Both the position numbers and the translations under genes were made by a program. From a virus (lineage: Duplodnaviria > Caudoviricetes), in IMG/VR virus record IMGVR_UViG_3300030330_002667, positions 1-33,844 of that record: DNA of 33,844 nucleotides; one strand, given 5' to 3'. The notes under the pieces are model-generated. The model worked only from the letters and a program-made list of their open reading frames with translations. It had not been told where the DNA came from and did not search any database. Below, piece by piece: positions 1 to 9,800 of the stretch (the first letter of the stretch is position 1; every line of letters starts with the position of its first letter).

Positions 1-100
1 AGCAGAGGCTGTGATAAGCAAAACTATTCCAGCTATGGTCAACATCATCTCTTGTCTTTCCTGTGCCTCACGCCTCATCCTAGCCTCTAGTTCACGCTTT
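1..100. repeat. Terminal direct repeat, left copy (circular-assembly overlap)
   Basis: 1-100 equals 33745-33844 except position 2 (g vs a); it falls inside an ORF that reads through the junction. Confidence 0.95.
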
Positions 101-387
101 TCCTGCAAAACTTCCTTACGTATGCGTAGAAGTTGATCCCATTTGCTCTTACCCAAGTTATTACAAATCCATTCTCGAAGCTCTTCTTCAGCTTGAGCAG
201 CTTCCTGTTCTTTAGCCCATCTATCTAACGCAACAGAGTTTACGCTTGAGCCACGCTTTTCTTGTAGTTTCTTTTTAGCTTGATCTGTTTGATCAAAAAA
301 CTGTCCAATCTCTTTACTAAGAGAAGCAATTGTCTTGCCAGCAGCTAATCCTGATTTGATTCCTGCAAGAATCGTAAATACTTCCAT
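1..387 (-). CDS. Hypothetical coiled-coil protein with C-terminal TM helix, 5' part; continues across the junction to TAA at 33682 (about 149 aa)
   Basis: Manual translation MEVFTILAGIKSGLAAGKTIASLSKEIGQFFDQ...MMLTIAGIVLLITAS; frame continues ...VGSTLYLHYMGWLDIRSYFR* at the window end; missing from the ORF track because it is split. Confidence 0.8.
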   Translation of the reverse strand, partial: MEVFTILAGIKSGLAAGKTIASLSKEIGQFFDQTDQAKKKLQEKRGSSVNSVALDRWAKEQEAAQAEEELREWICNNLGKSKWDQLLRIRKEVLQEKRELEARMRREAQERQEMMLTIAGIVLLITASA

Positions 388-389
388 AT

Positions 390-707
390 CTACATTCCAT
401 CGCGTCTGGTAAACTCAACAGTTTTTTCTAGTATAGCAACACGAGCTTGCAGTTTTATTAACTCAGTCATAACACCAGCCAAGCTATCAACATCATCCCA
501 AAGATCATCAATATTATTTTTATTTTGATCAATATCTCTAATCATATTTATCTTATCAGTAGTATTACTCTTGGCATCTAATACAGAAACAGTCTCTTCA
601 AGGTTACTAATGATAGAGGCTTGTTCACTAGCATACCAAACAAAACCACCCAAAGATGAACACACCACGCCTATTACAGCTATGTTTACTTTGGGTAGCT
701 CCATCAA
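390..707 (-). CDS. Hypothetical protein, N-terminal TM helix plus coiled coil
   Basis: Hydrophobic NIAVIGVVCSSLGGFVWYA then heptad-like segment; 4-nt overlap with upstream gene. Confidence 0.75.
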   Translation of the reverse strand: MMELPKVNIAVIGVVCSSLGGFVWYASEQASIISNLEETVSVLDAKSNTTDKINMIRDIDQNKNNIDDLWDDVDSLAGVMTELIKLQARVAILEKTVEFTRRDGM

Positions 708-1246
708 TCAGGCCAATCTGCTATGGGTGGGTTGCCTGTTGGATTGCCATCGCTATCTACTGGTGTGTCAAACAAAGCTAAGAAAGCAGCATGATTAGAT
801 GCATTTGTTATTGATGCTTCAATTGTGTTTGAAGCAGTGCGTATAGCTGCTCGATCTGTAGCAACCTGACTTGGCAATGAATAGTCAGAAACCTCAGATG
901 CCTTGACCACCATCCAATCGGTAGGCTGTAGCAATCCATTAGCCTGATCTTTGATAATAGCTTTCCATGTAGATTTGAGGCCAAGTGTTACTAGCTGATT
1001 TCCATCTATATCGAGTACAGCATTCCCATCTTCATCGACTTCATTAACATCATCCAGAGCTTTGGGTGTATCAGCATCCCAATAAAAACGATTATCATAT
1101 GGGGCTGGGTCAGCCTCCCATGTCAAACCCTTTGCTGCTTTTTCATCATCCGACCAGTTGTTCCAGTTGTATGGGTGCTTGATGCCATTATTGTCAGTCC
1201 AAGATCGACCAACTTTGATAACTCGTCCACTATATTTCCAAGGCAT
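704..1246 (-). CDS. Tail-fibre-associated / tail fibre assembly chaperone-like protein
   Basis: Directly follows the fibre gene; LLQPTDW...RAAIR motif and terminal WP typical of fibre chaperones; RBS AGGAG. Confidence 0.6.
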   Translation of the reverse strand: MPWKYSGRVIKVGRSWTDNNGIKHPYNWNNWSDDEKAAKGLTWEADPAPYDNRFYWDADTPKALDDVNEVDEDGNAVLDIDGNQLVTLGLKSTWKAIIKDQANGLLQPTDWMVVKASEVSDYSLPSQVATDRAAIRTASNTIEASITNASNHAAFLALFDTPVDSDGNPTGNPPIADWPD

Positions 1247-1255
1247 TGATCTCTC

Positions 1256-4200
1256 CTATCGTGCGTTACTGTATTTGAATGGTTGTTCGGCGAAAGCCAT
1301 GTAGATAAAAGTATTACCAGAACCATTTATTGCGGCTGATGAATTTCTATGTTTAAAACCATTTGAACAAATATCTATCATGTCTGCTGTGCCTTCTGCG
1401 CTTTGAAGGTTTGGATAAAGAGGATCATTGTCTACGTTATAACCCTCTCTCTTATTATCAAACATCCACCAGTGTTGAACGGCTCCTGTTGCTGCTTTAC
1501 AAATAATAAACGCTGGTCTAAACCCAGTGTACACAAACGGCCCATTTGACGATCCGTTTCCTACGTAGCTGCCGAACTTGCTGTAGCCTTCGACACCGTG
1601 AAAGCAGTAAGCTATTCTAGTTCCTGTTCCGTTAGGACCAAATTTTCCTGCACCAAAAGTATCTGCATCTGGATTAGATGTACCCCATACTTTATTTGTT
1701 GCGCTTGATCTGTCACCTTGAGCAGCCGTACTATTTAAAAGTAAGTAATAATGGTATGGGTCTGTACCACCGTTTAAATCTTTGTGATAAACCCACCAAT
1801 TTGACGTACTGTCTCGCCTTTTTGCAATAATCATTTCAGGGGCAGAACTTAACCCATGTGCAATTCTTCCATTGTTGTTGGTATTATCACCAGTGTAAGA
1901 AACAATGCTAAACCCAGCCTCAGTATTTACACTACCTGTTGAGTCTATTGTTGCTCCATTTGTTCCCGAAGAATTACTAAACGATGTGCCAGCTTTCCAG
2001 TTCCATGCAACGTAAGTACGACCAGAAACGTTCCATTGATTGTTTGCGGCACTATGGCTAACAGTGAAACCATCAGTATCAAAGCTATTTAAACCAACTC
2101 CACTGTAATCAATCTCGGCAGATGTACCGCTAGGAAAAACAGTAAGTCCAGCACCACGCACAGAGTCTACTAATTTTTGAGCCTCACCAGAAGTGTTTCT
2201 TGATTTAACCCAGCTCCAATCAGGTTGAAAGCCAACGCCTGTTATACTTTGGCTAGATCCATTCCCACTATACAACACAGTATTAAAATAATCTTCTGGG
2301 TTCTCACCAGCATTAGGATCAATAGCTGGATCGGGCAAGTTAGCATTGCAAAGAGCTAAAAATCCTGACGGAGGTGCATAGAAGAAGTCACCCTTGCCGT
2401 TACCATCTGCATTACCTTGAGGTACTTTGGTTGCATTGAAGGAGCTGTCTTGTCCGAAGTTTGCAAGACCAACCCAAGCATATAATCCAGTTCCTAAATG
2501 TAAAGTGTATGTTCCAGTTAAGCTAGAAAAAGCAGTTCCTTGTGAAACACCATTTTTATAGAATGTCAAAGTTCCTGCATCTAAATCTAATGCAACTCCT
2601 ATAATATCCCCTGTTGTAAATGTGGCACCATAAGAACCCTGATTTCCAGAGTTATATTTATTACCAGTATTAGAATAATAAGCATAAATTGATGGATGAG
2701 TAAAATTATGGGTTTCATGGCCTGATACTGTAATATCTTTTACACCAACCATAGCTGTGCTAAATGATGTAAATGATTTTATGTATACTTCCCAATACCA
2801 CTTTCCACTCGAAACCGCAAAAGTTGCCTCACATTTAGCAGCAGATGTACCACTTACAGTTGTCTGTAAATTCCCCTCTGAAAATGTCATGTTTGTGGTG
2901 TTGCCTACGTTATTTAAAACAGCAAACCCATCAGTCGGAGTGTCAGGCATAACATCGCTATGCTGTAAAGCATTAGGCGTCCAGTGGTTGCCATTGCCAG
3001 ATGCGTCTGAAGTAAACAGTGCATCCCTTGTGTCTGCTATGGCTAGGTAGATGTATGTTCCGCTTGATGCATTGAAAGATGAATTAGTATTTTTTAACTG
3101 AAATCCATCAGAATTAAAATCTACCTCATAACTTGAGCTTGATGCTTCTGCATAATTAAGTCTTGCAAACAAAGCTAAATCATTTGGATTTGAAGGATGC
3201 CTTGTGTTATCCATTAAAATCCATTCACCAGTGCTATCTGTTCTTTTTATTAATAAAAATGCTGGCCTAAATCCTAGCGTAACTGTCGGCCCTGTTGCAG
3301 ATCCGTTACCAGTATAAGTTCCTATCTTCTGATAGCCTGACACATCTGCAAAGCAGTAGGCGACATAATCGTCTGCACTAGCGTTTGTTATATTTGCAGT
3401 TCCAACACTAAACAATGAGTTGGTTGGTGCTGTGTCGTTCCACGGGGCTGAAGAAGTTCCTGCTGCATTTGTCAAGTTTAAGTATAAAAATTTAGTTGCC
3501 CCAATATCTGAATGAAATACAGCCCAGCTTTCTGCGCTGTCACGGTTTTTGACAATAATCATCTTAGGTGCTGCACCTAATCCATGACCAACAGTAGCAT
3601 TTGATCCAGTGCCAGTATAACTTACAACACTAAATCCATAGTCCTGATTAGCTTTGACAGTAGAAATTATTGAGCCTTCTAAATGACTTGATCCCTGAGT
3701 TGAGTTTGTATTTATCTGACCGCCCATGCCACTATGGATTGAACAATAATAATAAAGTGTAGGCGCACCAGAGGCGACAGTGATTTTAACTTGTGTAGAG
3801 CTTACATAAGTAACACCAGTGGTATACTCAGTACCACCGCCATGCGTACCATTCGATGTTGTAGAAAATCTAAGTGGATGAGCAGATGGATAGTTAAATG
3901 TATAGGTAGCACCCTCAGTAAGATTAAGAGCTATCGAACTTGTTCCATGTCCATCAAATCTGTATTTGTTACCACTGTCCGAAACAACGGTAACGGTATA
4001 TGTTTTATCGTTTGTGCCACCACCCCAACACCATGCAACATTTGTTGCGGACGCTTGATTAAAACGGTTGTTTACACCAAGAGAAAACCCATCACTGTCA
4101 AAAGATGTTGTGTAGTTTGTGACAGTTGCTTCTGTGTCAGTTGTATTGCTTTCCAAAAACTTTGTTACACCACGTACAGAATCAACAAGCCCATGATCAT

Positions 4201-4987
4201 AAGTCTGACTTCTTGATTTTAGCCAAATCAAATCAGGCTTAAACCCAACACCCCCTACGCTTTGAGTTGCACCATTACCAGTATAAGTAACTGTATTAAA
4301 ACCATTAGCTGATGTTGTTTCTGTAAACGGCAAACGAAAACCATTGGTGCCGTAGGTCAAACCTGTTGGATCTTTGGGTATCCAGATACCTTCTTTGGTT
4401 TCTCCAAAGCTGGTAGGATCTAAAGCAGTGCCATCAATGAAGTTTACTTCAGCTAAGTATCCGTCAAAATAATCGTTTGAACTTGCACCTTCCCTCCCAA
4501 GAGCGTGCAAAACTGTATTATTTATCTGACCTTCATAGTTTTGACTTGGGTAAGTTGAGGTTGAAAAACTTGTTATTTGTTCCCCATTAACATAAATTTT
4601 AAGTCTGTCAGATGAAGTTGATTGAGAAGTATCAGCAACAATTACAATATGATACCACGAAGATGTATCTCTTAAAACGGCATTGGTTGTTAAGCGAAAA
4701 TTTATATCATCATCTAAAAAATCTATTTTATCAGAAGATAAACGAATTATAGTTCTTTGACTTGATGATTGCCTTACACTAAATAAATTTTGATTTGAAC
4801 TTAAATTCCCACGCTTAACCCAAGCACTCCAAGTCCAAGTCTTTCTATTGCCAGCACTTGCTGGTGTTCTGCTTAGATAAGAACTATCACCGTCCTCAAA
4901 CTTCAGAGAGTTGTTTATCTCATAGGGATAAAAACTTTCTGATGGTGGTTTGTACATCCAATGCTGTGAACCAAATGGACCTGACAT
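1256..4987 (-). CDS. Tail fibre / receptor-binding protein with LamG (ConA-like) domain, SPRY-like domain, two repeated beta modules and a cupredoxin-like insert
   Basis: TWTWSAWVKR...WYHIVIV...LKIYVNG (LamG); SSGKWYWEV...GDIIGVALDLDAGTLTFYKNG (SPRY); duplicated FNTVxYxGNG...GVGFxPD module; Gly/Ser/Thr/Asn rich. Confidence 0.85.
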   Translation of the reverse strand: MSGPFGSQHWMYKPPSESFYPYEINNSLKFEDGDSSYLSRTPASAGNRKTWTWSAWVKRGNLSSNQNLFSVRQSSSQRTIIRLSSDKIDFLDDDINFRLTTNAVLRDTSSWYHIVIVADTSQSTSSDRLKIYVNGEQITSFSTSTYPSQNYEGQINNTVLHALGREGASSNDYFDGYLAEVNFIDGTALDPTSFGETKEGIWIPKDPTGLTYGTNGFRLPFTETTSANGFNTVTYTGNGATQSVGGVGFKPDLIWLKSRSQTYDHGLVDSVRGVTKFLESNTTDTEATVTNYTTSFDSDGFSLGVNNRFNQASATNVAWCWGGGTNDKTYTVTVVSDSGNKYRFDGHGTSSIALNLTEGATYTFNYPSAHPLRFSTTSNGTHGGGTEYTTGVTYVSSTQVKITVASGAPTLYYYCSIHSGMGGQINTNSTQGSSHLEGSIISTVKANQDYGFSVVSYTGTGSNATVGHGLGAAPKMIIVKNRDSAESWAVFHSDIGATKFLYLNLTNAAGTSSAPWNDTAPTNSLFSVGTANITNASADDYVAYCFADVSGYQKIGTYTGNGSATGPTVTLGFRPAFLLIKRTDSTGEWILMDNTRHPSNPNDLALFARLNYAEASSSSYEVDFNSDGFQLKNTNSSFNASSGTYIYLAIADTRDALFTSDASGNGNHWTPNALQHSDVMPDTPTDGFAVLNNVGNTTNMTFSEGNLQTTVSGTSAAKCEATFAVSSGKWYWEVYIKSFTSFSTAMVGVKDITVSGHETHNFTHPSIYAYYSNTGNKYNSGNQGSYGATFTTGDIIGVALDLDAGTLTFYKNGVSQGTAFSSLTGTYTLHLGTGLYAWVGLANFGQDSSFNATKVPQGNADGNGKGDFFYAPPSGFLALCNANLPDPAIDPNAGENPEDYFNTVLYSGNGSSQSITGVGFQPDWSWVKSRNTSGEAQKLVDSVRGAGLTVFPSGTSAEIDYSGVGLNSFDTDGFTVSHSAANNQWNVSGRTYVAWNWKAGTSFSNSSGTNGATIDSTGSVNTEAGFSIVSYTGDNTNNNGRIAHGLSSAPEMIIAKRRDSTSNWWVYHKDLNGGTDPYHYYLLLNSTAAQGDRSSATNKVWGTSNPDADTFGAGKFGPNGTGTRIAYCFHGVEGYSKFGSYVGNGSSNGPFVYTGFRPAFIICKAATGAVQHWWMFDNKREGYNVDNDPLYPNLQSAEGTADMIDICSNGFKHRNSSAAINGSGNTFIYMAFAEQPFKYSNAR

Positions 4988-4996
4988 TATTTATCC

Positions 4997-5401
4997 TTAT
5001 GCAAAAGCTAACTGTGGTGCGCCTAATAAAATACGAGCATCAGCCATAGTAACATACGGCACTATATCCGTTGCGCTGGCCGCTGAAGATAATGCTAAAG
5101 AACCACCACCTCCTGAAACTTCATAATCTGTATCTAAACTTACTGTGTGACCTCCTGTGCTATCTTGTATAAACACTATAAAACCAGACTGCCCCACAAT
5201 CTCAGTTGTTGGATTGTCCAAAGTAAGAGCGCCAGTCAGTGTTAAAATAAAATTCTGATTGGCACTAAAGTCTAACGTCAGATTGCCAGTAGCAGTCTCA
5301 TTTACTTGTGTAGCAGCAACAGCTGTAGTTGCTGTCAAAGTAGTAAAGTTAGCAGCAATAGCAGCAGCTGGTGGAGATGCGCCTATATATCTAAATGACA
5401 T
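4997..5401 (-). CDS. Small tail-fibre-related virion protein
   Basis: LDFSANQNFILTLTG...GQSGFIVFIQDSTGG is a segment common in phage fibre proteins; position in the fibre operon. Confidence 0.6.
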   Translation of the reverse strand: MSFRYIGASPPAAAIAANFTTLTATTAVAATQVNETATGNLTLDFSANQNFILTLTGALTLDNPTTEIVGQSGFIVFIQDSTGGHTVSLDTDYEVSGGGGSLALSSAASATDIVPYVTMADARILLGAPQLAFA

Positions 5402-5712
5402 TAAGTCCTCTCCATTATGCTGAGAATAGCATCAGCACTAACTGGCGCACTACTTACAAGTGTAACCGTATCTGTTGCTACAAGATTAACTCTACTGCCA
5501 TTCAATACATCTAATGCTGAAGCAGCTGGTATAGAAACATCTTTGGCTAATGTTGCCCCAGCTGCCGTAAGCGTTACAGTGATTGCGCTCGATGTAAGGT
5601 TAGCAACATGACAACCCATAATAACTGTAGTTGTGCTAGAGGCTACTGTGTACATCGTTACCGATGTCATACCTACATTTGTATTAACGTGTCTGGTAAA
5701 TGTGTTAGCCAT
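5401..5712 (-). CDS. Small virion structural protein (tail/fibre connector-like)
   Basis: MANTF... Thr/Val/Ala-rich beta protein; TAATG coupling; tail operon position. Confidence 0.6.
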   Translation of the reverse strand: MANTFTRHVNTNVGMTSVTMYTVASSTTTVIMGCHVANLTSSAITVTLTAAGATLAKDVSIPAASALDVLNGSRVNLVATDTVTLVSSAPVSADAILSIMERT

Positions 5713-5723
5713 TATCTAACTCC

Positions 5724-6170
5724 TTACACATCGTCTATCAAAGCAGCCACAACACAATTTACTGTTGATGTAGATGAGATAGCGTGAATTTCAGCTACCG
5801 TTGTATTTGGCAACTCAAGTGCTACTGAATTACCAGCAGATACTTTAATGCCATCACTAACGCTTGTTGACGCTGTGCCAGCATCAATAACAAAGTGAAT
5901 ATCATTTGCGGTATCTGTGTTTTTGATAAACAAAAACTTTACCTTATCGCCAGTAGCTACAGCTGTTGGAGCAGTATCGTCATCTACCGCTGTATAATCT
6001 GTGAAATAACCAGCAATCAAATCTGTTGATGAGTTTGATACGCTAGTTAGTTTGTAATACCACTTGTCATTAGCATCCGCTGGACTGACAGTGATTGTAC
6101 CAGAGATAGCTTTCGCAATCTCATCAGGTAAGACCGTAGCGGTCATTGTTACTGAAGCATCATTTGCCAT
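5724..6170 (-). CDS. Putative virion structural protein
   Basis: Acidic beta-rich ORF with RBS AGGAG in the tail operon. Confidence 0.6.
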   Translation of the reverse strand: MANDASVTMTATVLPDEIAKAISGTITVSPADANDKWYYKLTSVSNSSTDLIAGYFTDYTAVDDDTAPTAVATGDKVKFLFIKNTDTANDIHFVIDAGTASTSVSDGIKVSAGNSVALELPNTTVAEIHAISSTSTVNCVVAALIDDV

Positions 6171-6179
6171 ATTTTTCTC

Positions 6180-6797
6180 CTATGTTAAGGCCAAAGCTAA
6201 AACTTCAGCTTCCTCAGTAGTTCCTAAATTTGTTCGAGCAGCTGCCGCAGTAGTTGCAGCAGTACCACCGCTTGTTATCGCAACAGGCAATGTTATTGCG
6301 CCAAGACTTCCAAGTGTTTTTACTTCAGCATCACCAGTAATATCATTAAAAGATAATACTGCACCTAATCTATTTGCACGTTCTGGAAGTTTTAAATTAG
6401 CTTCAAAATCATAATCAGTAAGTTGTAATGATCTATCTACTTTGTCTTTTAAATCAGCAGTAATTGCTATTAATCTATCAAGCTCTGTATTCAAAGACGC
6501 AATATTAAATGGGCCAGATGATGGAAAGTCAGTTGTTCGATCTAAATCAATAGCGCGTGTAATAACAACAGTAGATCCACCAGTAGCACCAGTTACAGAT
6601 ATAGTTACCGTACCAGTAGATCCATCACCACCAGATACAGTATAGTCAGTAGTTAAAGTTTTTAATGTTCCATCTACATAAACATTAAGATCATCGTTAT
6701 CAAAAAACTCAAATGGTACAGTAAAAGATGTTTGTGTTACACCCTGACCTACTGAGTATGATACCCTTGGATCATTATCTGACAAATTAATAGTCAT
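6180..6797 (-). CDS. Short tail fibre adaptor (T7 gp17 N-terminal-like domain)
   Basis: TSFTVPFEFFDNDDLNVYVDG...DYTVSG...ASLNTELDRL anchor domain plus AARTNLG motif; only 205 aa. Confidence 0.8.
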   Translation of the reverse strand: MTINLSDNDPRVSYSVGQGVTQTSFTVPFEFFDNDDLNVYVDGTLKTLTTDYTVSGGDGSTGTVTISVTGATGGSTVVITRAIDLDRTTDFPSSGPFNIASLNTELDRLIAITADLKDKVDRSLQLTDYDFEANLKLPERANRLGAVLSFNDITGDAEVKTLGSLGAITLPVAITSGGTAATTAAAARTNLGTTEEAEVLALALT

Positions 6798-6842
6798 AGC
6801 TTACCTCTTTTTTATCGAAATAGCAGTGAAGATAAAAAGTGA

Positions 6843-6852
6843 CAACGCACAA
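6843..6852 (-). promoter_or_regulatory. Putative late promoter motif TTGTGCGTTG (fibre operon)
   Basis: Intergenic, upstream of the 6797 start; one of four copies. Confidence 0.7.
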
Positions 6853-6853
6853 A

Positions 6854-9800
6854 TTATTCAAAACCTTCAGCAAAGTTTTCTAGTGTGTTGCTTATATCTT
6901 TAACATGTTCTTTTACTAAAAAGTTTCCAATCAATGGTATCTGTCTTACAGATTGATCAACAAACTCAGAGTAATCACCTCGAACAAAGTCTTTAGCACC
7001 TTTAATAAAACCATATGTGTAATCTGCTGGCGCACCAAAAATAGAAACTATACCACCAAGAGCATCAGGATCTTCTTTAAACTTAGGTTCAAACGGTGTT
7101 GGATTTGCAATATCAAACGCCATGCCCATTTCTAAAGATCTATAAGTCAAATCACTATAAAGAGCAGCAATACCTGAATAATCAAAAGATCGAAGAAACT
7201 TATCTTCTAAGTCCATATCTTCTAATGCCCAGTTTGGTGTTCTCATTTTCATAACTTGATAACCTAAGAACATAGCAATCAAAAAATGTATTGCTGGGTT
7301 TCTTACCGTACCTTGTGCATAGTTAGTTGTTATTTTGTTAAACGCACCAAACGTGTAGGTGTAAAACGTAAATGGTAAAGCTAAGAATGGTGACTCAATC
7401 TCAGCATAACCCTTTATTCTTTTTGACTCAGGCAAGCCCATCATATCAGCCAAATGCATAGGCATGTAAGTCTTACCGCTCATAACATATGGTTTGTCAG
7501 AAGCAGTACCCATAATAATTCTATTCATAACACCAGATCGAAGCGCACTTCTAAAAGCATCAACAGCATCTGCATCTGTCCACATCTCACTATTTGCAAG
7601 AATAAAACCATTCTTAGTTTTTTCAAAAGGAGACTTAGCTATCTTAGCAGCTAAATCTTTATCTATATTATATCTTGCTAAAAATACTTTTTCCCAATCA
7701 GAAGCTTGATTGTTAGTAAATCGAATAGCTGCTTCAATAATTGTATGCGCTCTAAAAGTGCTTTCTAAAGTTTTTGCAACTAAAGTAACCTGAGATAATA
7801 AATTAAATTGATAAAATGCATTATTAATTTTATCAGTTAAACCACTACGAAATGGATCGTTAGATAAAGACTCAAGCCATTTCATAGAATAAGTACCGCC
7901 AATAACCTCAAAACCATCACCAGCTTGCTGAAGTTCTTTTCTGGTAAGCTTCAAACTATTCTCATCGAGCAAAGCCATAATGCCTTTACCAATAGTTCTT
8001 ATGTCATTGTCTAAAAATATATTAGCAAAGTCTGTTAATGCAGCTTGACCAGCCCCACCAAGAAATGTCCATTGTGTAGCTGATTGTAAACCTTGAGCAA
8101 TCTTAGTATCTAACTTATCTGGTTTAAGTGTTAACCTACCAACTATTCTTTCATAAGACCCATAAAATTCTTTTGCTATTCTATTTATTTCTTTTTCAGA
8201 CATTTTAGCCTTTTGCATTTTGGATCGTACATCTGAAACCAAATCATCAATAGTTGCTGGTGCATCATCAATAGTTCTAAATTGATTTGCAAAAGCGTAT
8301 TTAGGTGCAACTTTACTATTATAAGCAATAAGAACTTGTTTTAAATCAGTAATCATAAACTCTTCTAATGCAGAGTTTGGTATGTTTAGCTTTCTATGCA
8401 TTAAATGTTTAGAACGACCAACTCCAAAAAATGCATAGTCTTCATTAAAGCCATCATCATCTACCATATCTAAGATTTCATCAGTAGTTCGATTAGCACG
8501 TTTGCGTAAAGAAGCATCATCAGTAGCTTGCGTTATAATTTCAAAACGTTGTGTAGCTGGATTGTAAGCTTCAATGTTTGGATTTTTCTTAAACTCTTCT
8601 ACAAGTTTTGCTACAAACTTTTCTCTGTTTTGCTCTATATATCTTCTATTAAAATACCTTGGAAAAAATGGTTCTCGCAAACCTTTATCTATATCAATAC
8701 CTTCTAGATACTCGTATATATTAGTAAGACGGTTTTTCATCTCATCAATATGTTTAGAAATGTTGCCTAAAGCTCTTTTTTGTTTTGGCAATAACGATAA
8801 ATCATCAAGGTATTGAGAAAAATTATTTAAATTAGTTCTGTAAGAAGCCTCAAGCGCAGAAGATAAATTAGATCTTTCTGTTTTAAGACTTTTTACAAGT
8901 GCTGTTTGTTTTTTTGACAATCCTATTTTGCGACCAGTTTTAGCTGACGTTTCTATTTCATCTATTTTAGTAGAAAGATCTGTAACTCTTTGTTCTAAAA
9001 AATTTCTATTTGTTTTTAAAATATCTTGAGCAACATTAGTTATAGATGTAGTCCTATTCATTATATCTAATTGCCTTGTAACTAAATAAGACCTTTGGTT
9101 TAAAAGACCCACTCTATTTAAAGATCTATCCCACTCATCAAAATATTCTCTTACAACTTTTAATGCTCTTACATCAGCAGCAGTATCAGGCGTTTTATTA
9201 TTAATATACATGTGAACAATATTCTTACCCCAGTCCTCGAAGGTAAGATTTTCTTTGCCAAAATAACCACGTATCTTTTCAATGCTGTTTTGTATTGGCA
9301 TATCAAGTGGAGCAGCCCCACCTCTAGGATTTACCTCTGACCATATCTCGTGAAGTTGATTGTAAGTACCGCCCCATTTGCCAGCCAACTCACCAGCTTC
9401 TTGTGCTACAGACTTACCAAAACCTTTGCCTTGTTGGTTTAATTTAAAAGTAACACCAGCATCGTTTATTAATCGCATAAACATAAGCTTTACTTCATCT
9501 GGTGCATTAGAGTTCATTACAGATTTTACTGGGGTAGGTAATGCTTTGTAAAAAATAGTATCTGTAAACCACTTACCAGCAAAATCTAAATCACCATCAG
9601 AAACTTCTGGCAATGGCTCAGTAATTATTTCAGTTGGCTCATCTGTATCTACTATTGGTTTAGTAGGAGATGCATCTACAGCTTGTCTTACTTGCCTTGC
9701 ATGATCTGATGCATTTCTTAAAGCATTTTTCTTTATTCCATCAAGAACAGCACCACCACCAAAACCAATAAAACTAGCCATGCCTTGAGCAAACACTTGA

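Noticed and set aside
1256-4987. Diversity-generating retroelement TR/VR pair in the fibre repeats
   Set aside because: No reverse transcriptase is present, and the repeats are diverged at all bases rather than adenine-specifically
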